Positions 25,227 to 34,721 of a DNA stretch of 64,000 bases are shown here, one piece after another. A program made the translations under genes and the position numbers. How positions within the stretch are numbered: position 1 is the first letter of the stretch; every line of letters begins with the position of its first letter. The stretch is taken from the IMG/VR virus record IMGVR_UViG_3300029959_001566; one strand, written 5' to 3'. The DNA is from a virus. The notes beneath the pieces are model-generated. The model saw only the letters and a list, made by a program, of their open reading frames with translations, did no database searches and was not told the DNA's origin.

Positions 25227-26212
25227 ACGAGCAACTTCTGGACCTCATCAGGCAATCAGGATATTTGACTGATGCAAATCTAGCCGATCAGGTTCGATAT
25301 GACCTCCTAACTCACTCTTTCTGGCTCAAAGTCGCAGACCTGGGTTATGACCTCCCAACCCTTCGCCGTACCCTCTGGCGGCTCTCAGGCCATCCAGAGC
25401 ACGAGCTCAGATCAGCTCTCTCTTCATCTCCCATCAGCAAGGCGGCCAAGCCCACAGAAGGCGACCCCAGAAAGCACATCAAGGAAACTGCCGCGGCCCT
25501 GGCACTGCTCTATGGGCGGGGAGAAAAAGAGATTGATGCCCTTATAGACCTCTACATAGACAGCCCCGACAGGCTCAGGACGGAGGTGGGCAGGGTTAGG
25601 CGCAGGCTCTTAGCTTCCGCAGCTGATTGGCTCTCAAGGGCAGTCCCGGGCCTGTATCTCATGGGATCCGGCCAGGCTGTGCTGAGGGGCGCACATGATC
25701 AGGCTGCAAGGGCTCTAGCCACCCAGGAATACAACCGCTGGAAAGAGGTAGATGCCCAGGTAGGCAGACACGTTGAGGAAGTCCTAGCCGAGGCTGAGAA
25801 GAGGAAGGTCAAGGCCAGGCTCTCAGGGACCAAGCCGGACCTAAAAGGCATCCATGAAGGCATTATAGGCTACATAACCCGGGACGGCAAGGCGCTATCA
25901 TTGGCAGGATATGCGGCAATGCTAGCCCTAACGTCTTCAAGGGATTTCTTCAATTTAGCTGCAGAGAACCAGGCGTATGAAGATGGCCGGGACCTGATGC
26001 GGATCTCTCGAGAGGTCAGGGCTAATAGCTGCCAGGCCTGCAGAGACTGGGCAGGGAAGATCATCAGTATCTCTGGCAGATCTTTGGAATATCCGAGCTT
26101 AGAGCAGGCAAGGTCTGAAAATATTTTTCATCCTCATTGCATTCACTTCTTAGAGCCTGTTAATGAAGACAGGTACGCAGGGACAGGGCATTATTTAGGT
26201 GGTACCCTGTGA
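25223..26212 (+). CDS. Minor capsid / head morphogenesis protein (MuF-like)
   Basis: CQACRDWAGKI..IFHPHCIH motif; position after portal. Confidence 0.85.
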   Translation: MNEQLLDLIRQSGYLTDANLADQVRYDLLTHSFWLKVADLGYDLPTLRRTLWRLSGHPEHELRSALSSSPISKAAKPTEGDPRKHIKETAAALALLYGRGEKEIDALIDLYIDSPDRLRTEVGRVRRRLLASAADWLSRAVPGLYLMGSGQAVLRGAHDQAARALATQEYNRWKEVDAQVGRHVEEVLAEAEKRKVKARLSGTKPDLKGIHEGIIGYITRDGKALSLAGYAAMLALTSSRDFFNLAAENQAYEDGRDLMRISREVRANSCQACRDWAGKIISISGRSLEYPSLEQARSENIFHPHCIHFLEPVNEDRYAGTGHYLGGTL

Positions 26213-26284
26213 AAACTCTTACGATCGTTCAGATGTAATATTGCCATTAATACTGCTTGCTGCTATTGTAATCATAATTCTATT

Positions 26285-27694
26285 GTGATTTTTGATATGA
26301 AGAAAGGTTCTGCGCTGGATCGGCTCAAGATCCTAAAGGTCAAAGATGACCAGGGGCATGAGCACGGTTCGGATGGGAAGTTCACGTCAGGCGGCGGAGG
26401 CGGCGGCAAGAAGCCCGACGACTCCCCCAGGACCGGCAAGACGCCAGACAAAAAGAAGCCTAAACGCCGTGCATCTTCTCAGACAACGCTCAACGATACG
26501 CAGACCAGGCTGAACACCTTTGGGGACTATCATAGGAAGATAACTGAAGCATGGCCTGACAAGAAATTCCCGGAGCACGCTAAGCATCTTCAAAACCTGA
26601 AAGATGAACATGCGGCTAACCAGGGCTCGGCGTCTGATAAGAAGCCTGATAGGCAGGGCACCACTCATAGCGAACCAGTCCAACGAGACATAGACCGAGG
26701 CCTATTAAGAGGAGTCAAGCCTGGCAGCAGGCATGAGGCAAAGCTAAAGGAACTCTCCGCAAATGGCATCATATCATATAACAATGAATCGGGTTTATGG
26801 CAGTCATCCCGGGGCTCAGACAAAAGCGCAAGATCTCTAGCAGCGCTTCATGCTGACTATAAGCCCGTCAAAGATCGGCTTGCACAGTTTGAATCTGATT
26901 ACAAGAACCTCACCAGCCAATGGCCGGATCATGAATTCCCGGCAGCTAAGGCGAAGCTCGATGCCATCAGGGCTGAGCATGACCGGCTATATGGCGACTC
27001 TAAGCCGGGTGGCAATCAGAAGCCAGCAGATGCGCCCAAACCAGAATCTAACAAGCCCGCTGATGGTCAGAAGCAGCCAGATCAACGCGGGTTCAAGCCC
27101 TCAAAGACCGTTCAAGAGGCTGAGGGATGGGCTAAAGCGAACATGAAGACGCCCATATCGCCTCTGAAAGGCTGTGAGATTAAACACGTCAACCAATGCC
27201 TGCAGACCCTTCACAGCATTGAGCAGAGGATAGGATCTTCTATTTGTGATAAAATCCAGTTCGGCGGGCAGCGGGGCGGGTCGTATGCGTCATATAACAA
27301 CGCCACGCATACTATAAACCTTCCAAAGAAGGATGTGAGGATTGCAGAACGCCACGCCCAGGATAACGAGAGGTGGAATAACCGGATCTCCGACCAGCCC
27401 TATCATTCAACTGATACCGTCGAAGGCATGGTTTACCACGAAGTAGGTCATGCGCTCGACAAGGCGAACAATCATGCATTCAGCACGATGATTAACCGGA
27501 TGACACTGGATGAAAAGAAGCAAGTTCTGAAAGTTTCCGGTTACAGCGGCGAAGATATGTTTTTGAGTATGCGACCATGTTCTGAAGCGTGGGCAGAGTC
27601 ATTTGCAGCAATCGCAACTAACAGCCCCCGGGCATCTTTTGTACCGAAAAGGATTGCCAACGAGATTAAGAAGGTGCTTGAGATTGCAGATTGA
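26285..27694 (+). CDS. Head-module protein with C-terminal zincin metallopeptidase domain
   Basis: N-terminal HEHGSDGKFTSGGGG motif; VYHEVGHALD (HExxH) + EAWAESF. Confidence 0.75.
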   Translation: MIFDMKKGSALDRLKILKVKDDQGHEHGSDGKFTSGGGGGGKKPDDSPRTGKTPDKKKPKRRASSQTTLNDTQTRLNTFGDYHRKITEAWPDKKFPEHAKHLQNLKDEHAANQGSASDKKPDRQGTTHSEPVQRDIDRGLLRGVKPGSRHEAKLKELSANGIISYNNESGLWQSSRGSDKSARSLAALHADYKPVKDRLAQFESDYKNLTSQWPDHEFPAAKAKLDAIRAEHDRLYGDSKPGGNQKPADAPKPESNKPADGQKQPDQRGFKPSKTVQEAEGWAKANMKTPISPLKGCEIKHVNQCLQTLHSIEQRIGSSICDKIQFGGQRGGSYASYNNATHTINLPKKDVRIAERHAQDNERWNNRISDQPYHSTDTVEGMVYHEVGHALDKANNHAFSTMINRMTLDEKKQVLKVSGYSGEDMFLSMRPCSEAWAESFAAIATNSPRASFVPKRIANEIKKVLEIAD

Positions 27695-29537
27695 TGCCCC
27701 ACAATGCGTTTTATGCGCAAACTTCGACCCGGAAACCTGGAAATGCAAAGCGTTTAAGGCAGGTATCCCACAGGCAATTTTAACGGACCAACACGACCAC
27801 AACAAACCATTCCCAGGCGATAATGGTATTCAATTTTCCCCTCTTAAAAACGCTAAGAAGGGTCTCGATTACAGCCAAATCACAGTCCCAAAATTAAACG
27901 GTGATCCAATGCCAAATGAAGATGAAGACAGGATAGAAGACGACGATAATTCAGATCTGGAGAAAGCCTCAGACTCTGATCTGGTCCGCCAGCTCCTCCG
28001 GGATGAGAACGACGGCATGACCGGCTATAGCGCAGCCCTGGAGCAGATCCAGGACCCCAAGCTCAAGGAGATCATGCAGGCCATCCAGGAGGATGAGCAG
28101 AAACACAGCGCAGCCCTGGAACAATACCTGCAGCAGACAGACCCCGATTCCTTAGAGGACCACGAGGACGAAGAAAGCCCTGGTGAAGAGTCCCTAGAAG
28201 ATGATGAGGGCTTCGAGGGCGAGGACGAGGACACCACAAAGGACGAGAGCAGCCTGGCTGATGATCTGCAAGCGCTCCTGGACGAGCACAACGGGGAGAC
28301 TGAGAAGGATGATGAGTCTGACGAGGACGACCTGGAGAAAGACGAAGACCAGGAGACCGACCCCGATGATGAAGACGATGAGCTGGATAAAGAGGACGAG
28401 GATGAAGCCGTCAAGAAGTCCGCAGTAACCAAGCTTATGCCCATTGTCAAGCTCGACAATGAACAGCACAAAGCATATTGCATTGTCACCGAGCCCAACA
28501 AGTTCGACCTGCAGGGCGATCGCTCCTCTGAGGAAGAGGTAGAGAAAGCTGCCCATCGCTTCATGAAGCGTCTCCAGAAGACGTGTTCAGCAGGTGTGGG
28601 CGTGGACCACGAGAGGCCCATCAAGGCATACGTCATTGAGAACGTTGTCACCCAACAGCCAGGAATCAAGCTAGGAAAGCAGATCCTTGCAAAAGGCACC
28701 TGGTACCAGGGCCACGATCTGAGCGAAGAGCCCGAGATCTGGAAGGCCATCAAGTCAGGCGAGATTACAGGCCTGAGTCGCCAGGGCGAGGGTAACAGGG
28801 TGCCGGTGGGCAAAGGCATTGCGTCTGGCATGTCATCTATTCTGAAGGCGGCCGGCATCAAGAAAGAGCAGCTAAACGACCTCAAAGACGAGGACATTGA
28901 TCGCATTGATTGGGTTGGAAAAGCTGCTAATGGGCGCAGAATAGCGATTATAAAGTTCACGGGAAGTGGAAATTCAATGAAGACAAGGCCCGCAGGGGCA
29001 AAGACCGAGGCCGCTGGGGCTGAGGTCGAAAAGAGCGATGGTATCACAAAGGCCGACATCGAGGCCATAGTGACCAGCGCCGTATCCAAGGCCGTTGAGC
29101 CTCTCCAGGAGGAGAACGCGCAACTCAGAAAGGCCGTGCATAAGATGAGCAGCGCAAGCAGAGACGCCGAGCTCGAGTCCATTGCCAAGTCCCACCTCAG
29201 CGCGCTGGGTCCGGCCAAGGAGACAGTAGGCATCCTCAAGTCCGTCGATAAGCTGCCCTCCGGAGACAGGAAGGCCGTGCTCAAGGCGCTCAAACAGGCC
29301 AACGCGGTCAAGAAGGACGCTATGAAGATCCTCTCCAAAGAGTACGGCCACAACAGGCCAATAGACGCAGACGCGGACTCTGCTATAGCCAAGGTCAACA
29401 AGATGGCACAGTCCCTCATAGAGAAGTCTGATAAGCCCATGGACATCTCAGTAGCCCGTACAAAGGTCTACAAGATGCACCCGGAGCTGAGGCAGCAGGT
29501 CCTTGAAGAGCAGAAGGAAGAGCGCGGGGTGGCTTAG
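27684..29537 (+). CDS. Multidomain prohead protease/scaffold: Cys/His domain + ferritin-like helices + acidic linker + XkdF-type protease + coiled coil
   Basis: TTG 27684 (second start possible at ATG 27909); DLQGD, EEVEKAAHRFM, GTW, GEITGLS.QG XkdF-like motifs; E..H ferritin-like pattern. Confidence 0.8.
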   Translation: MQIDAPQCVLCANFDPETWKCKAFKAGIPQAILTDQHDHNKPFPGDNGIQFSPLKNAKKGLDYSQITVPKLNGDPMPNEDEDRIEDDDNSDLEKASDSDLVRQLLRDENDGMTGYSAALEQIQDPKLKEIMQAIQEDEQKHSAALEQYLQQTDPDSLEDHEDEESPGEESLEDDEGFEGEDEDTTKDESSLADDLQALLDEHNGETEKDDESDEDDLEKDEDQETDPDDEDDELDKEDEDEAVKKSAVTKLMPIVKLDNEQHKAYCIVTEPNKFDLQGDRSSEEEVEKAAHRFMKRLQKTCSAGVGVDHERPIKAYVIENVVTQQPGIKLGKQILAKGTWYQGHDLSEEPEIWKAIKSGEITGLSRQGEGNRVPVGKGIASGMSSILKAAGIKKEQLNDLKDEDIDRIDWVGKAANGRRIAIIKFTGSGNSMKTRPAGAKTEAAGAEVEKSDGITKADIEAIVTSAVSKAVEPLQEENAQLRKAVHKMSSASRDAELESIAKSHLSALGPAKETVGILKSVDKLPSGDRKAVLKALKQANAVKKDAMKILSKEYGHNRPIDADADSAIAKVNKMAQSLIEKSDKPMDISVARTKVYKMHPELRQQVLEEQKEERGVA

Positions 29538-29948
29538 ATGCTCGGCTATTCCATGGGCGGCGTCGCAGGCTACACAGAGCAGGACCAGACAGGATATCAG
29601 GGCTACTTCGTCAAGCAGACTGCCTACACCGTCGGCCTGGGTCCCAAATTCGTCAGATGTGACGGCGCCGGAGATGAGCCCTTTGGCATCATCGTAAGAG
29701 GTGGCGAGGGCGCCAGCACAACCAACCCCAAGTCCGTTGTGGTGGTCAGGAGAGGCCCAGCACCTATCATAGCGCACGATACAAGCCTCGCAGTAGGTGC
29801 TAACGTGGGCACACACAGCGATGGAACCGGTATAGCCAAGACGGCTGACAAGGATATCATAATGGGTCAGATCACCAAGCCAGCCGCCGCAGGCGGAGAC
29901 GTCGGCGAGATCGATCTGAACGGGCCGGTCTACATAAGCAAGACTTGA
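29538..29948 (+). CDS. Capsid cement/decoration protein (DUF2190-like)
   Basis: Gly-rich beta protein between scaffold and MCP, AAAGGDVGEI ending. Confidence 0.75.
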   Translation: MLGYSMGGVAGYTEQDQTGYQGYFVKQTAYTVGLGPKFVRCDGAGDEPFGIIVRGGEGASTTNPKSVVVVRRGPAPIIAHDTSLAVGANVGTHSDGTGIAKTADKDIIMGQITKPAAAGGDVGEIDLNGPVYISKT

Positions 29949-29958
29949 GGTGATATAA

Positions 29959-31035
29959 ATGGAAGCACTTCCGCGTTCAATGATTCAGAAGGGCATGGAT
30001 ATGGACGTATCCGATATCCACATAGCCCGCTATGAGACCGACCAGAGCCACGCTTACATTCAGGATCAGAATGTTTTCATGGCCGCAAAGATCTTCCCCA
30101 TATCCCCGGCGACCCAGATTACCGGCTATATAGCCAGGTGGAGAAAGGACGCATGGTACAGGAGATGGGCTGGCAAGTGGCAGCCAGGTGATGCGGTCCC
30201 CATCTCCAGGATAAAGCCCGGAGACAAGCTCAGGTATGACCTGGACTGGATAGCTGTAGGATATCCACTGCCCAAACAGTTCTCTGGCAGTGGCATCGCT
30301 GACCCGGCATTCAACATAGACGACTCCATCAACAGGCTCGTGACCAACACACTCCTGATCGAGAGAGAGTTCATGTTCGCTGACACGTACTTCAAGCCTG
30401 CCGTGTGGGGCCTGGACTATACCGGAGTCTCTGACCCGGGCGATGTAGATCCAGCATCATACACATTCCTGCAGTTCGATCAGCCAGGCAGCGACCCCAG
30501 GGGCGTCATATCCACGTTCAAGAGGAAGATGGATAGAAAAGCCATGGAGCCAAACGTTGCCCTGATGTCATACCCAGTGTTTGAGGTTCTAAGGGTCCAT
30601 AAGCAGCTCTTGCAGTGGGCAGCATCATTCCAGAAGCCGGGCACCGCCATAAGCGAGCTGAACGAGGACTGGATAGCTCAGGCTCTTGGACTGGACAAGG
30701 TACTCGTGGCCAGGGCAAAGTATGCCGACTCAGCAGAGGGCGCTGATGAGGACGACATCACCCTGGATTATATCCTGAATAAGCAGGGCCTGATGCTTGC
30801 CCACGTCGAGGCACCCGGTCTCCTCACAGCCAACGCAGGCCAGATAGTCTCCCAGAACTTCGATATGCAGGTTCCTGGAGGCGTTGACCTGGCCGTGGAG
30901 CGCATACCTATCCTGGAGACTCACGTCGAGAAGATGCAGGGTTTCATGTGCATGGACATGGTGCAGGTAGGCAAGGACCTGGGTCTATTTGCTGCTGAGA
31001 CTATCAGTGCCAATGCCGCAAACGGCCTGGCCTAA
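29959..31035 (+). CDS. Major capsid protein (HK97 fold)
   Basis: 358 aa, position, PNVALMSYPVFEVLRVH block. Confidence 0.88.
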   Translation: MEALPRSMIQKGMDMDVSDIHIARYETDQSHAYIQDQNVFMAAKIFPISPATQITGYIARWRKDAWYRRWAGKWQPGDAVPISRIKPGDKLRYDLDWIAVGYPLPKQFSGSGIADPAFNIDDSINRLVTNTLLIEREFMFADTYFKPAVWGLDYTGVSDPGDVDPASYTFLQFDQPGSDPRGVISTFKRKMDRKAMEPNVALMSYPVFEVLRVHKQLLQWAASFQKPGTAISELNEDWIAQALGLDKVLVARAKYADSAEGADEDDITLDYILNKQGLMLAHVEAPGLLTANAGQIVSQNFDMQVPGGVDLAVERIPILETHVEKMQGFMCMDMVQVGKDLGLFAAETISANAANGLA

Positions 31036-31053
31036 ACCCTTTTTGGAGGGCAT

Positions 31054-31443
31054 ATGATCAAGTCACAGTATTATCTGACTCCAGGAGGGCTAGCCGGGAT
31101 CGAGAGCCTGTATGTAGAAAAGGAGTTCTACGCCAACCAGGCACGACTGGACTTCGATGAGACGACCAAGACCTATAAGCCTATCAAGCTGCCCAGATAT
31201 TCGATGCTGGTGGGCGCTGCTATCGTAATAGATGGAGCCGTAGACGGCACCCTAAAGCTCGGATTCAGCGGCACCGATGAGGCCTTCATAGCAGATGCCG
31301 ACATGCCCAAGCTTGCCAACCACTCCAAGTATTTCACCATAGACGCCATAATTCAGGCAGCAACCACAGTACAGTTCAAGGTCGCTGGATGTTCAGAGGG
31401 TGCAGCTGGTAAGATATGGCTCTTCTGGAGGCCTTTGATATGA
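31054..31443 (+). CDS. Small beta-rich virion accessory protein
   Basis: Follows MCP; KLPRYSML..TLKLGFSG pattern. Confidence 0.55.
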   Translation: MIKSQYYLTPGGLAGIESLYVEKEFYANQARLDFDETTKTYKPIKLPRYSMLVGAAIVIDGAVDGTLKLGFSGTDEAFIADADMPKLANHSKYFTIDAIIQAATTVQFKVAGCSEGAAGKIWLFWRPLI

Positions 31444-32612
31444 AGAAGATAACCGCAATCCTGACATTTGCATGGATTATGCTCCTGATGGGGCTTGCCG
31501 GGGCAACTGTAACCTATACGCAGGACGCCCAGATATTCACCAAGCCCGTCAGTTTCGCAGGCGGTGCGACTGGCGACATCACCGGCACAGCCTCAAGAGT
31601 AGCAATCGGCTCATTCCTGGATACTAGTCATGGCCTGAAGAACGCTACTAACAAGGCTCGGATCAATCTCACTGCCGACGATGGCCTTGAGTTCGGCACA
31701 GGTGCCACTCTGGGCGCCCTGGGTATCAAGACCGGGGACGGCCTGGACACTGGGGCCTCTGGTGTGCTTGTGGATGTAACAGACTTCATAGACACCGGCT
31801 ACGGTCTCGCTGAGAACGCCAACGATATCAGGGTCAATCTGACAGCAAACAAAGGCCTGGAATTCGGTACAGGAGCCTCTCAGGGGTCGCTGCAGGCAAA
31901 GGCCAGTAATGGTATATCTCTCGGCGCGTCCGGCATAGCTGTGAATCTCACGGCCGATAAAGGCCTGGAGATTGGCACAGGCGCTGCTGCGGGAGGTCTG
32001 CAGGTAGAGGAGGGAGACGGCATTGATCTGGGGTCCGGTGGCGTGGCAGTCAATGCCACTGATATTATAGACACTGGCGCTGGCCTCAAGGAGGACGGCT
32101 CCAACAACATACAGGCAAATGTCAGCGACGGCCTCAAGTTCGGCACCGGGGCAACTCTCGGAGCTATTCAGGTCAACATTACTGCCAACAAAGGCATCGC
32201 TGTTGGAACCGGCTCTGAGGCAGGAAGTATCAGGGCCAACATCAGCGACGGCCTTGAGTTCGGCACAGGCACCGCTCTGGGCGCTATCAAGGTCAAGGCC
32301 ACAGACCCGTCTATAAACGTGAGTTCTGCAGGCGTGTCACTTGGCACTGGCAAAATCAAGACGCTGGTAGTAGCGGGTGCCTCACCCGGAGACGTGACCG
32401 TTACCGGAATAGCTGTCGGTGATGAGCTGCTCTCAGTCGTAAGGTTCGACGTTGCCGCTGATACCGGGACCGATGCTGCAGGAGACAAAGTTCAGGCAGT
32501 GTCAACCATAACGTCAGAGTTTACGGTCGGAGCTGCTAAGATAAACAACGCTGCTGGAACCGATACATCAGGAGATAGCCTGATGGTGCAGTGGTTGGAT
32601 AGGACAGCTTAA
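31440..32612 (+). CDS. Fibre-like repeat protein with N-terminal signal peptide
   Basis: MKKITAILTFAWIMLLMGLAGA; repeated NxTAxKGLEFGTG / xGDGxDxG units. Confidence 0.65.
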   Translation: MKKITAILTFAWIMLLMGLAGATVTYTQDAQIFTKPVSFAGGATGDITGTASRVAIGSFLDTSHGLKNATNKARINLTADDGLEFGTGATLGALGIKTGDGLDTGASGVLVDVTDFIDTGYGLAENANDIRVNLTANKGLEFGTGASQGSLQAKASNGISLGASGIAVNLTADKGLEIGTGAAAGGLQVEEGDGIDLGSGGVAVNATDIIDTGAGLKEDGSNNIQANVSDGLKFGTGATLGAIQVNITANKGIAVGTGSEAGSIRANISDGLEFGTGTALGAIKVKATDPSINVSSAGVSLGTGKIKTLVVAGASPGDVTVTGIAVGDELLSVVRFDVAADTGTDAAGDKVQAVSTITSEFTVGAAKINNAAGTDTSGDSLMVQWLDRTA

Positions 32613-32658
32613 GCAGGTTCAATTCCTGCAAATCTCTTATTTTTCGTGAGGTTCTCAT

Positions 32659-33051
32659 ATGCTGAAAATAGCGCTCATCGTCCTTGCTCTTATCTCGGTC
32701 GTCTCCGCTCAGACACTAGCGCCGCCGCCAGCGGTCCAGGCAATCACTCTACAGACCAACGCCACAGGCTACGCGTCGGAAGAGACACGGCTCATGGTGG
32801 GCGAGGTCCTGGGTCTGGAGTTCATAAACGGCAACTTCACAGCCCGCGGTATAATAACAATCAAAGATACCCGCGGCGTGCAGCTCGATAGCTACAATGT
32901 ATCCAACGGCACGGCCTGCAGACTACCGGGCATCAAGATACTGGGGTCAAGCGATGCCTGGGGGCCGTACGTTGTATCAAGCCCCCTCTGGCTGAACATG
33001 AGTGGGCAGGAAGCCAACAAGACGGCAAAAGTGCTGATAGTCTGCAGGTGA
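32659..33051 (+). CDS. Small secreted beta protein
   Basis: MLKIALIVLALISVVSA signal peptide. Confidence 0.65.
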   Translation: MLKIALIVLALISVVSAQTLAPPPAVQAITLQTNATGYASEETRLMVGEVLGLEFINGNFTARGIITIKDTRGVQLDSYNVSNGTACRLPGIKILGSSDAWGPYVVSSPLWLNMSGQEANKTAKVLIVCR

Positions 33052-33314
33052 GTATGGCAGAAGGCTCTTTCCATGACCCTTACACGGGCGAGACATTTCA
33101 AGCCCAAATCGCTCTGGGGGCTTACAATGTCACTAATGGCGAGCATGTACTACTATATGAGACAGAAGACTCCGAGGCCGTCTCTCACTGTTCATGCCCC
33201 ATTTGCTCCAAGCGTTTTGCGGTGGATCTGCTACCAGGACCGGACGCTCTTATAAGCACCGATTTTGAGAGTGAATATAATACTACATACGGGATTATTT
33301 TGGGGCTGATTTAG
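33048..33314 (+). CDS. Hypothetical protein with a Cys cluster
   Basis: CSCPICS; GTGA overlap. Confidence 0.55.
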   Translation: MSMAEGSFHDPYTGETFQAQIALGAYNVTNGEHVLLYETEDSEAVSHCSCPICSKRFAVDLLPGPDALISTDFESEYNTTYGIILGLI

Positions 33315-34298
33315 ATGGCTGAAGGCGATGCTGATGTTATACGTATAGGTGAAAGTTCGACAGGAACAGTCTATGCTGATATGGAAGAGGGCCGCACCAC
33401 CGACGGGCACGCAACTAAGAGGCCGTTGCAGCATGAGATTAACAGTGATGATATCAAATCTGCTGTCGAAACTCTCCAGGCAGCTATAGGCGCGCTCGTT
33501 GATCCTGCAGCGGGCTCCTCGAATAAGCTGCTAACTGATATCCTAGCAAAGATCATAGCCGCACCGGCCACAGAAGCCACTCTGGCTGCTCTGTTGGCTT
33601 CCTGGGGCGATGCCGAAGCCTCTCCAGATGCTAATACCTCACAGGCCAGGCTCAAGGCGCTGGCGGATGCGCTGGGGACTAATACAGATGCCCCGGCCAG
33701 TGGCACACAAGACACCACTGAAAAGAGTGCTATAGCAGAGCTGAAGGGCATGCTGAACCAGTTAAATGCTCTGGCGGCTACTCTGGGCGCAACAGACGGC
33801 GCTGCAGTCATCACGGATGCCAACGGCACGGCACAGCAGTATCTGCGGGGTCTGGTCAAGCTCTGGATAGCAGGACTCCCTGCAGGCACTAATCTGATGG
33901 GCAACGTGGGGATCGATCAGGTCACAGCCAGCGCGAACGAAGTGGTTGTGAAGTCTGCCAACAAGGGCAGCGTAACCACTGCACATAGCGAAATATCCGA
34001 TACAGCAACGTCTGCCGAGATAGACTGCAGGGGATTTAATTCGCTCATAGTTTATGCTGGTCCTTTCACCGCGGCCGAAAACTGGACGTTCAAGATCCAG
34101 GGCAGCATGACTTCGGGCGGCGTTTTCGTGGACATGTACGAGATGGCAAACACTGGCAGCATGGCCCTGATGAGCTACCAGTGCAATGCGGCACGGGCGT
34201 TCGTGCTCCACGGCATGCCGGATTACATTAAGGTAGTCGCCACCAGAGACGGCGGAGCATCAACCATAACCTGCAAAGTACAGCCGTTCAACGCATAG
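33315..34298 (+). CDS. Ala-rich helical + C-terminal beta-sandwich virion protein
   Basis: Composition; location in the head-neck module. Confidence 0.55.
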   Translation: MAEGDADVIRIGESSTGTVYADMEEGRTTDGHATKRPLQHEINSDDIKSAVETLQAAIGALVDPAAGSSNKLLTDILAKIIAAPATEATLAALLASWGDAEASPDANTSQARLKALADALGTNTDAPASGTQDTTEKSAIAELKGMLNQLNALAATLGATDGAAVITDANGTAQQYLRGLVKLWIAGLPAGTNLMGNVGIDQVTASANEVVVKSANKGSVTTAHSEISDTATSAEIDCRGFNSLIVYAGPFTAAENWTFKIQGSMTSGGVFVDMYEMANTGSMALMSYQCNAARAFVLHGMPDYIKVVATRDGGASTITCKVQPFNA

Positions 34299-34331
34299 GG
34301 TCTGCTCGCCCTATCATTCATTTGAGGGAAG

Positions 34332-34721
34332 ATGACATCAGCAGCGACCTACACGGGCAATCCATCGACCAGGCCCATAGACGCCGTAAGGCTAGAGCTT
34401 GGCAAGGAAGTGAGCATTGAATACCTGACAGATGATGAGATCACCTATTGCCTCTCGCAGGCTGGCGGCAACGTGCTCTTAGGGGCCAGCTATGGAGCAG
34501 ACAAGATCGCAGGCATATTCGCCTACAAGGCTGATCAGTCCATGGAGTCTTCCAGCCTATCATGGTCTCAAATGGCTGAGGCTATGAGGAAAAAAGCCCA
34601 GGATCTGCTTACCAGGGCTAAGAGCCCCACGTTGACCCCGAGGGCGTCATCATCTGCCAGGAGGCCCCCGAAGTTCGGTATAGGACAGCACGACTTCAGA
34701 TCATATCCAGGGTGGCCATGA
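34332..34721 (+). CDS. Head-tail connector/adaptor (gp15/gp6-like)
   Basis: DAVRLELG..LTDDEITYCL..GNVL pattern. Confidence 0.75.
   Translation: MTSAATYTGNPSTRPIDAVRLELGKEVSIEYLTDDEITYCLSQAGGNVLLGASYGADKIAGIFAYKADQSMESSSLSWSQMAEAMRKKAQDLLTRAKSPTLTPRASSSARRPPKFGIGQHDFRSYPGWP

Noticed and set aside
28025-29446. 473-aa minus-strand ORF (and similar long antisense ORFs at 53494-54339, 38317-39066, 11030-11716)
   Set aside because: Ser-rich shadow frames of strongly coding plus-strand genes; no motifs or RBS context.
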